Shown in pieces: positions 54,444 through 64,000 of a stretch of DNA of 64,000 nucleotides; within the stretch, counting starts at the first letter, position 1, and each line of letters begins with the position of its first letter. The notes beneath the pieces are model-generated. The model searched no databases. It was not told the DNA's origin and saw only the letters and a list, made by a program, of their open reading frames with translations. The position numbers were made by a program, and so were the translations under genes. Source of the DNA: Octopus vulgaris (Eukaryota); contig OX597818.1 in NCBI GenBank assembly GCA_951406725.2, positions 15,004,001-15,068,000 of the forward strand, in the 5' to 3' direction.

Positions 54444-54446
54444 CAT

Positions 54447-54479
<33 letters not shown>

Positions 54480-54505
54480 CTGGTCCCGTGCAGTTCTTAG
54501 TTTAA

Positions 54506-54700
54506 TCACTCTCTTATTACCAATTTTTTAATGAAAAATCTATCCGCAATTAGCATCCCTTGACTGCTTGTTTCCTTCAAAAGAAATTTTAAGTTTTCCT
54601 TCCTTCTTGTACTACTTAAGACCACATAAAGCTGTCCGTGACTAAATACGGGTGGTGGCAAGTAAATACCAACTATTTCGAAGCGACGTTTCCTTTCAAT
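54506..54700 (-). mobile_element. Helitron helicase C-terminal fragment
   Basis: VGIYLPPPVFSHGQLYVVLS. Confidence 0.75.
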
Positions 54701-54924
54701 TGCACTCTCCATTACTGAAACCAACCTAAGCCACAAAAAGCAGTCCGTGACTTATCGTGGATATCGTAAAAACTCCCTATTCAAAATTTATTACATACAT
54801 TTCTTAATATAAATAAATTAGGCACATGTATGAACTGTTAAATGTGTATTCATATTATACTTTTCAACCGCAGTCGTTTTATATTTTTGATACACTCAGG
54901 TAATGATTATTTTCTCTAGTGAGT

Positions 54925-55316
54925 TTTTACTCTTTTACTCTTTTACTTGTTTCAGTCATTTGACTGCGGCCATGCTGGAGCACCGCCTTTAGTCGAGCAA
55001 ATCGACCCCAGGACTTATTCTTTGTAAGCCCAGTACTTATTCCGTCGGTCTCTTTTGCCGAACCGCTAAGTGACGGGGACGTAAACACACCAGCATCGGT
55101 TGTCAAGCAATGCTAGGGGGACAAAGACAGACACAAATGTGACCTCGTGTGTACCGTTGGCGATTTTTTTCCTCTGTCTTCCTATGTTTCCGACGAAGAG
55201 CTCCGTTCGAAACGTTAAACCCTCCTTCTTCCCTTCTTTCCTGAGCGTCCAATAATACTATATTTGTTCCACGTCCTCGCGTTGTTGTGTTTTTTGTGTT
55301 TTCTTGTTTGGATTAA

Positions 55317-55367
<51 letters not shown>

Positions 55368-55533
55368 TACGACAGGCTTCTTTCAGTTTCCGTCTACCAA
55401 ATCCACTCACAAGGCATTGGTCGGCCCGGGGCTATAGCAGAAGACACTTGCCCAAGGTGCCACGCAGTGGGACTGAACCCGGAACCATGTGGCTGGTTAG
55501 CAAGCTACTTACCACACAGCCACTCCTGCGCCT
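54925..55533 (-). mobile_element. Full SINE family A copy interrupted by a pLTR-like element (55139-55317)
   Basis: Head AGGCGCAGGAGTGGCTGTGTGGTAAG...GGTTCAGTCCC; tail GGCGGTGCTCCAGCATGGCCGCAGTCAAATGACTGAAAC + (AGTAAAAG)n. Confidence 0.92.
55139..55317 (+). mobile_element. Short pLTR-like element with hammerhead-like motif nested in SINE
   Basis: CCGACGAAGAGCTCCGTTCGAAACGTTA; homologous to 11907-12111. Confidence 0.7.
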
Positions 55534-56220
55534 ATGTTTGTATATGTATTATGTATATATTTGTGTAGATGGGTGTGATTGTAATAATTATTTGTAACAC
55601 AATGGATAGGATATCGATGGTAATTCAAATCAATACACTAGTCAACGTTATCTAGTGGTTGTCTTTTGAGATGTGACATCGATCATCGTTTGTTACGGAA
55701 AGTGCACTAGCTCACACACACAAGCTATCACATAATTCCCTTGTACACGCCCACATATATTCACACGGAGTTGAAACGGTGTTTTTCCTTTTCAGCGTTG
55801 AATATTCACCATCCCACTTCCATTGCACACATACACACACACATACACATGCACACACACGCACACACGCACACGCAAACATTCATATACCTTCCTTTTA
55901 CATACACACACACATACTCACACAGAGTTGAAACACTGATTCTTTGTTTTTTTTCATGCCTTTCTTCCTTATTCATCTATCACCCCTTCCTTTCTCATTC
56001 ATGTTTTGACGGAGAAAAACACAACATATAGAAAGTACATGACGCTCTCTTTGCCACTTCCTCTCTCTTTCTCTCTCTCTCATTCCTATTACTTCCTTTC
56101 ACTCCCTCTCAGTCATGGCTATTACTCTCGTTACTTCTTCTTCACTGAATTACTATTTTCTCACATCTCCCTTCACTTTTACTACTCTTTCTCCTACTCC
56201 ATCCTATTTCATGATTTTGG

Positions 56221-56272
<52 letters not shown>

Positions 56273-56351
56273 TGGTAAAAACGGTAAGATAACAAAAGAA
56301 AGAAAGATACCTCAATATTATGTAAATAGAGGACATTTATCTATATATATG

Positions 56352-56472
56352 GCTTACGGCCATATCACGTTCAAAGCACCGGTTCTCCTTCGATCACCGA
56401 AGATAAGCAAGATCGAGCCTAGTTAGTACTTAGATGGGTGATCGCTTGGGAAACCTAGGTGCTGTTAGCATT
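56352..56472 (+). pseudogene. Full-length dispersed 5S rRNA copy (retrocopy or SINE3 head)
   Basis: GCTTACGGCCATATCACG...CGATCACCGAAG.TAAGCA...GTTAGTACTT.GATGGGTGA...GGTGCTGTTAGCATT; several substitutions at normally conserved sites, no T-run terminator, sits in (TA)n. Confidence 0.92.
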
Positions 56473-56477
56473 AAAAA

Positions 56478-56534
56478 AATGGCGGTGCCCCAGCATGGCC
56501 ACAGCTCGTGAGCTGAAACTAGATGAAATGAAAT
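56478..56534 (+). mobile_element. Stem-loop retroposon 3' tail attached to 5S
   Basis: AATGGCGGTGCCCCAGCATGGCCACAGCTCGTGAGCTGAAACT + AGATGAAATGAAAT. Confidence 0.85.
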
Positions 56535-56551
56535 ATATATATATATATATA

Positions 56552-57072
56552 CCGTAAATCTTCGAGTATAGTCCGCCCTTGAGTATAATACGCAGGGGAT
56601 TTTTAGAGGGGTGTACTTCTGAAAAACCTAAACCTTGTGTATAATACGCATCCCTTCTCTAACTTGAGTCGTGCGTAATTAAGCCAGCAGCACCTAGTCG
56701 AACAAACACTTCCGCGCATGCGTAATACAATAATGGTGGTGTTCTTAACTGTTATATGGGAATGTAAATGTTTGCAAATTGTGTTTGTTACATGTTATTC
56801 TGTGTTCTGAATACTTTTATTTTAATAAATGTTGCTTACTGCAAGTTATGGGTGATTTCGTTATGACTTCATTGCTTTCAGGCTGAGCTTAAGGTATTAT
56901 CGCACCTGACATCACAAAATGCGTCTGAATAAACATTGCCGGACAGCAAATAGAGACTCGGACATTGCTTAGAAAAGATTTTTCATTTTTAACCTCGTAT
57001 ATAGTACGCACTAGGGATTTTGACCTTTAAATTTTGAGGGGAAAAATACGGATTATACTCGAGGATTTACGG
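56552..57072. mobile_element. Tc1/mariner (pogo-type) MITE
   Basis: TIR CCGTAAATCYTCGAGTATA / TATACTCGAGGATTTACGG, TA flanks. Confidence 0.9.
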
Positions 57073-57214
57073 TATATATACTTATATATATATATACACA
57101 CACAAATATATAAAAATACTACGCTCATTATCATATTAGGAAATTATTATTATAATTATCATCATCATCATCATCATCATTATCATTGTTGTTATCATTA
57201 TTATTATATTTCAC

Positions 57215-57366
57215 CCGTCTTTACATTCTGGGTTCAAATTCCGCCGAGGTCGACTTTACTTTTCATCCTCTCGGAGTCGATAAAATAAGTAGCAGTTGAA
57301 CACTGGGATCAATGTAATCGACTCATCTCCACCTCCCCCAAGCTGCCCTTGCGGCAAAAATTTGAA
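57215..57366 (+). mobile_element. SINE family B, 5' truncated
   Basis: GTTCAAATTCCGCCGAGGTCGACTTT body. Confidence 0.8.
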
Positions 57367-57405
57367 AATGATGATAATAATAAAAAGAAGAAGAAGAAGA
57401 AAATG

Positions 57406-58048
57406 CCCTGATGCAGTACCAGGCAGTGGCTCTCATGGCTTCTGATCTTAACTGATTTGAAGTGTTATCATGAACATTGTTTTGTCTTGGTATAAAAGAT
57501 GGGCTACAGCAAATATTCTGCTCAATATCACAGATTTGCTTGTCAGTTGTTTGCCCTTAACCAGTTGAACATGTCCCTTAGTGGCTGACGATATGTGCAT
57601 CTCTGATCACGAGCAGAAGTATTGCTGGAGCATCATAGCCATCTGTTGGAACGGATTCTTTGGGGTTTGAATAATTCACCTCTGGAAACATGGGTGTTTC
57701 ATTCAGCATCCTTATTCAGGGACATTTTGAGCAGGATGAGTTACTCGACTAGAAGAAAATTCTAACTGGGCCCCACCTGCAAGGTCATGCGCTGTTTATC
57801 TTGATATGAGAACACCATGTCGCACGCATATGGTTGTGATGCATGTGCCTAGTCTACCCTTATCAGACAGGTAGTCATGATGGGTATACTGGGCTCCGTA
57901 TATTTTACCCCAGTGTCACTTTGAAGTCATGCACTGCTCTCTCACTCAATGATGATGATGATGATGATGGCGATGATGATGATGATGATGATGATGCTGA
58001 TGACGATGATGATGATGATGATGATCATCATCATCATCATCAGCATTA

Positions 58049-58091
<43 letters not shown>

Positions 58092-58638
58092 CATTGAGTG
58101 AGAGAGCAGTGCATGCCTTCAAAGTGACACTGGGGTAAAATATACGGAGCCCAGTATACCCATCATGACTACCCATCTGATAAGGGTAGACTAGGCACAT
58201 GCATCACAACCATATGCGTGCGACATGGTGTTCTCATATCAAGATAAACAGCGCATGACCTTGCAGGTGGGGCCCAGTTAGAATTTTCTTCTAGTCGAGT
58301 AACTCATCCTGCTCAAAATGTCCCTGAATAAGGATGCTGAACGAAACACCCATGTTTCCAGAGGTGAATTATTCAAACCCCAAAGAATCCGTTCCAACAG
58401 ATGGCTATGATGCTCCAGCAATACTTCTGCTCGTGATCAGAGATGCACATATCGTCAGCCACTAAGGGACATGTTCAACTGGTTAAGGGCAAACAACTGA
58501 CAAGCAAATCTATGATATTGAGCAGAATATTTGCTGTAGCCCATCTTTTATACCAAGACAAAACAATGTTCATGATAACACTTCAAATCAGTTAAGATCA
58601 GAAGCCATGAGAGCCACTGCCTGGTACTGCATCAGGGA
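57406..58638. repeat. 1.2-kb palindrome: two ~545-bp near-identical inverted copies around a (GAT)n(CAT)n(TAT)n centre
   Basis: CCCTGATGCAGTACC...CTCACTCAATG versus CATTGAGTGAG...GGTACTGCATCAGGG; about 5 differences seen by eye. Confidence 0.97.
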
Positions 58639-58671
<33 letters not shown>

Positions 58672-58780
58672 CATTATTCGTAACACAATGCCTCAAAAAT
58701 GTTTTATCGATGATTAGGTGATCCTTGGTGCCCTGAGAACTCTTAATACATCTTTTATTATTATTATTATTATTATTATT

Positions 58781-59002
58781 CTATGGTTTGACTTTTGCTT
58801 TATATTTGTACAAGTTGGCTCCAAGTCTCACCCAGAGACCTCAAGAGACAACGGGTTGGAAGTTCGTGATGTTGTTATGCCTAGTGTGCCATATATTTGG
58901 TTTTGTATTTAGTGTTGTACTAGTGAATGTCTAAAAAAAACTCCAAAAAACGAAAATTATGTTTGTTTTAAAACTTGAGATTACATAGAAAGTATTTTGC
59001 GT
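58781..59002 (-). mobile_element. 3' end of an R4/Dong-like element in (TAA)n
   Basis: Minus strand RKILSM-stop then UTR running into (AAT)n; flanked by (ATT)n both sides. Confidence 0.55.
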
Positions 59003-59639
59003 ATATTATTATTATTATTATTAATACTTGAAAAGAAAAGACGCAACGTCGGAAGCTCTACAGGTATTTGTAAATTAAGTTGTTTCAAAAGGTTTATTCA
59101 TATTTCTGTTGAACTGTATTGCCAATAAGCTACCAAGCAAATATTCAGTCGTCCGCAGTCTCAAAACTACCACATTTTAAAAACAAAGTGAGAGGAAGGA
59201 AAGGAAAATTTCTTTACTGCTTTCCCACGGTTAACACAAAACACCACCGCCGCCAGTACCACAGTTTGTGCCCAAATAACAACAGCAACAACAACATAAA
59301 TGACAATGACAGCAAGAAGGTAAATGAAAGGGAACATTAAAACAACCGCTATGAAACCACTAGCAATAACAAAAGTTTTAATTGTCCACCCAAAGCACCA
59401 ACAATTTCTACCTCTACCGTCACCACCGGAAGGAAAGAAAACAGAAGGACAATTTCCCCGTCGTCACCTTCGCTAATATTGATCACCAAGTTCAAGAAGA
59501 AATCAGTAGCCCAGCGGACGAATTGAAAGAAGTCATGCATATTTTGGAAAACAGACGGGGGACACGTCACTTTGGATATTCCCGTTTCCGTTCAGCAAGA
59601 AACAAAATCGAAAACTAACATATATAGAACACTAGGAAT

Positions 59640-61900
59640 AAAAGCTAAGAAACAAGAGTGGATGACACAACAAGAAATAGGAAAATGCCCCTGGCCCATC
59701 TGGAGCATCAAAACATACATCACCAATGAAAAAAATATGGCATGTTAAGTCGAGATTTCCAACAGATGGGAAGTAAGAAAACATCCCACGACACCATTAT
59801 AATGAGTGAGGAACTTGTGCTTATACCAGTCTATCTTGGTTATAGAGTTTTCAAAGTTAAAACAGTCGATGCCCTCCCCACCGCCAACCAGAAATAAACT
59901 CTTAACTGATAACAACGGTTCTCTTCGACATAAAAGAGAAGGTCAATATTCTTGCAGATTCAGAGGCTACAAAAACAAAATTGGTCGGGTCAGTGATGGA
60001 ACTTCTAATACAAACTGATAACCATAGTATCAAATCTATCGTGGACCTGATCAGTTTGCCAGGCTGCTTACAACTTTATGTAGCCGTTGAGGACAGAAGC
60101 CTAGATGTCGTTTGTGTAGTGATACAAACAATATCAAGGAAATAAATAAGACCTCCACTTCTGTCAACACCACCATCACAGCGGCAACAGCACCGAAGAA
60201 ATCAGAAGTAGCATCAACTGCAGCGTGTGGCCAGTAGAGCAGAAGCTGCAATGCCAAAATCAGCAACCACCAAAGGAAAAACAACAACTGGAAACCCCCC
60301 AAACAACATCAAAACAAAACGAATGACTCCTAAGATATGTACCTCCTCGATTGGGATCATTCAGAAGTCATGTGACGAAGGTGACCGGGAAGAAAGGCTA
60401 TATGTAACAAGCAAGAAAATAAAAAGAGAACAACAACAAGCAAGGGGATTCAAACGGAGAGAACCTCTCAGCAACAACATATATAATTTCCAACAACATC
60501 ATTATCACCATCACCACCGTCACAACTATCATCAACTGCACACACATCAGTAAATCCAAAAACAATGGCAAAGAAATGTCACAAGTTTCCCTGCCATAAG
60601 CACGAACAAGACAATAATGGAACACATATATAAGTACACAAACATCAATTAGAGCAATTTCATCGCACCAACACAACGCATAAAAATCATCCCAAAACCA
60701 CACAACGTATACAGCAGCATAAAAAAATAAATTCTCTAATTCAATAAGACGATTTCAGAAAAAAACATTGGAACAGAGGAACGAAACATCTATCTTCCCC
60801 TGTCCTCTTTCTTTTCTTTCTTTCTCTCTGTCTAACATGGCTTTTCTCAGAATAGGCAGTATAAATGCACGTGATCCGAGATTGTCTTGGAAAGAAGGGT
60901 ACTTACGCAACGGCCTGAAGTCACTAGATATAAGTGTTGTAGCCATCAGCATGACTAGATTTTCTGATCCAGAAGCTTTCTTTCCCATTTTCGGGGGATA
61001 CAAGATTTACTTATCTCCATGTCAACTAAGAATGGGAAGTGGAAGTGCAGTATATTGTTCCGGAATGCCAAAGCAAGGGCCATCTTCTAGGACCTAGAAG
61101 GTAAGTTGAACCTGGGTCTGAACGGTAGCGAAAGGGTGCCTTTAGACTGGTAGCTGTTTATGCACCGACAGGGTTGGGACAGCCAGATTTTTTTGGGGTG
61201 TCTGGAGGTTTTCCTGAGAACATCCCAATCTTAAGTGCTTGTGGCCAACTGGACATGTTTGGATTATGTGCGGCTAACTGGTAGGAGAGGGTGCAAAGCC
61301 CTCGTAAAACTCAGATGTTTTCAATGCCTGACAAGTGACGACTGGATTTCCTGAATGTGCCGATGTTGACATGTACGAACTACATCGGATCAGCTAGTAT
61401 GTCAGTAGATAAGGATAGCTTAGGTTGTCCGTATTTCATTAAATCGTCGGCTACACAGACTTGAAATTTATTATCTGTACGGTTGAACCATTTAGGCTTC
61501 GCTTCGTGAGAAACGATTCAGTTAATGGAAGCTGATCACATCAGTCCCGATTTGCCAGGTTTACTGAAATAGGATTAACGAATTACTTGAGCGAGCACCA
61601 ACGTCGCCAACAACAAATAGTGCTTTACCTTGAAAAGTCGAATGAAATAGGTTTAGTAAGGTTGTAGCGATGCGAAGAAAGAGAACAGAGGGAAACTTAA
61701 TTAGAAACGCAGAAGCGGCGCTTAAGAAAGGCATTGCAACTGATGTGCTTACGGCAAGATTAGCCCTCAGCAAATTCTTGAACACTAAGCATAAAGTTTG
61801 TACTGACAAAGTTAAGGTGCATACTCTAAGACACGAGTCAATGGAAGCTACTCGATTGGGTCCAACTAGTGGTCCAGTTGCTATCAATACATGCTGAGTT
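59640..61900 (+). mobile_element. Decayed Tx1/L1-like element (ORF1 and APE endonuclease remnants)
   Basis: ELVLIPVYLG and VAV-GQKPRCRLC resemble the 46-48 kb ORF1; MAFLRIGSINAR...LDISVVAIS and FRLVAVYAP are APE-like. Confidence 0.6.
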
Positions 61901-61954
61901 GGCATACCGTGGCTGAATTCTGTTTCCATTTCTTGCCGAGTGTCTTCCTGACAC

Positions 61955-63905
61955 CTAGGGTAGAGAAACGCCCTGTTTACATTGGTAGGCCATTAAAATA
62001 AACACACCAAACTGTCCGTTTACGAAGTCCTGTGATAGAGAAAAAAGGAAAGAAAGACAGAGAAAAATAAAGAATAAAAAAGTAAAAAAGTAAACAAAGA
62101 AAATAAAGGGGGAAATGGGAAAGAAAATTCGCAGTGACAATGCTCTGTTCATTATGTGTGATGTACTAGTTAAGACAATCTTTTGCACTTCCTGTATGGA
62201 CGGTAAGCCAAGAATCATTCTTAAATAATTTTCAGTTCGCTTTTTGATCATTCCAAGTGCTACTACAATCACTGGTATTGTAACCGTCTTGAGATGCCAC
62301 ATCTTTTCGATTTCGATGGGTAAATCTTCAAATTTTCTGAGCTTATCAAATTCTTTTACCAAGACATTATGGTCACAGAGAATGCTCATGTCAGTCGATA
62401 AACAGACTTTATTGCTTTTGTCTTTCACAACAATATCTGGTTTGTTTGCTTTGATGGTCCGGTCTGTACATACTGGGAAGTCCCAAAGAATAGTTACATT
62501 TTCTCCCTCAGTTACAGCCTCAGGGTGGTGCTTGTACTTTTTGTCAGCGTTTTTGATTTTATAATGCCAATACATTTTCCAGTGTAGATATTGGCCATTT
62601 TTCATCACATTCGCTTGATAGTTCCGGGTCAATAAGCTCTGATCTTGAGTAACCAAGATAAAGCCTTCACTCTCTGCCTTTAGCTCTGAGCTCCGTAGCC
62701 ACTGATGGTTTGCTTCTTGTCTACATCAGCTTGTTTGCTACGGGCCATATATTTGCCATGCAGAGATTTTTTGTTCCTACCTATCAGCCAATTGTTCAAA
62801 CGCATTTTGCTTTGCTATTGATTTAACCTTCTTTGCAACTACAGTTATAGCACTTCCATCATGCTGTTCAGCCTGAGTATTATGCATAAGCTCACTTGAA
62901 AATATTTTACTTTCCTTCATAACAGAATGTAGCTTCTTACGTCTTTCGTGGTTTTCAACGAGCTTTAGCATCCAATCGTTAGATATTTCAAGATATTTTG
63001 CCAGTTCATTTATGGTGGTTTTGTAAGAGATTTCAGATTGCATCAAGCCTCGACCTCCTTGAGCTCTGGCTAGAGAAAGACGGTCTACGTCTCCTTTTGG
63101 GTGGTGCATCTTACTGCAAGTCGGGAGCTTACGGATTTTCCAGTCAATCTTCCTTATTTAGCTCATATTCCAGTGCAACACATTGAATAACAACCGGAAC
63201 AGCTAAGGAATTTATAGCTAACACTTTGTTACGTGCATTTAACTCGGATGTTAGGACTGCTCGAACTCTTCTGTAACACTCCTTCCTGATCTCCTCTTTC
63301 ATACTTGCATGCTGAATGGCATAGCCCTCATTTATTCCGAGGTATTTGTAAGTTGGTTCCTGCTCGAGTAATTTTATGACTGTCAACATCCATTTCCACT
63401 GAATGTGAAATCTTCAGTTTCCCTTTCTGGCACATTTATCAAGACCAAATTCCCTCCTAATGTCATCACTGAATGCTTTCCCAGTGCGTAGTAGTCCTTC
63501 AAGCTCATTATCGTCTTTGCTATAGAGTTTTAAGTCATCCATATAAAACAGGTGACTTATTTTCTTGTCGCCAATTTTATATCCACACTTTGTTCTGTTG
63601 AGTTCACTTGTAAGGGGTATTATGGCTTTGCAGAAAATTAAAAGTGAAAGTGAGTCATCTTGAAAATGTTGCAGTTGATATTAATATTTTTTGTGGTCAG
63701 TACTCCATCAGAGTGGTATAGTTGGATATTCGTATTCCACATTGATATGTTGTGCGTCAGGAGGTTTGAAATCGCAGGAGAAATTTTGAAGATATCCAGC
63801 GATTTCAAGATCCATGAATGCGGTACGCTGTGGAAGGCCTTTTTATAATCAATCCATGCAGAACTGAGATTTCTGCGTTTATTATGACATTTCTCTAGGA
63901 TCATG
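61955..63905 (-). mobile_element. 5'-truncated R4/Dong-clade non-LTR retrotransposon (RT + RLE)
   Basis: WIDYKKAFHSVPHSW, HLFYMDDLK, YKYLGI, GGRGL, ILWDFPVCTDRTIKANKPDIVV...IEIEKMW. Confidence 0.92.
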
Positions 63906-64000
63906 CTCAGTAGGGAAAATGTTCTGTTTCATAAATTTGTATGTTTACTCCACGAAAATGGACGTTAAAATTTTATATGTGGTAGATAGACATGTTATTG

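Noticed and set aside
56352-56472. Functional 5S rDNA locus
   Set aside because: Single copy, no terminator or spacer, substitutions at conserved positions, retroposon tail

Overview
AT-rich, microsatellite-saturated eukaryotic genomic DNA. The SINE families, the 5S sequence and the repeat density point to an octopus (coleoid cephalopod); this is an inference. One host gene is supported: a minus-strand GT14 core-2/I-branching beta-1,6-N-acetylglucosaminyltransferase (GCNT-like). Its large coding exon is at 18866-19850, a candidate in-frame upstream micro-exon lies 30 kb away at 50083-50137, and the downstream exon was not found in the window. The rest is mostly decayed transposons: Helitrons, Penelope-like elements, R4/Dong, RTE, CR1-group and Tx1/L1-like LINEs, mariner/Tc1, MITEs and several SINE families. 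Three signals stand out. (1) Two unrelated Pol III RNA copies (a tRNA-Gly and a 5S rRNA) are each fused at the same junction to one ~45-nt stem-loop retroposon tail, which also occurs alone and at SINE 3' ends. (2) There are at least six long fold-back palindromes. (3) Short (TA)n-associated elements carry minimal hammerhead-ribozyme-like motifs. Repeat boundaries are read by eye and are approximate unless TSDs/TIRs are given.
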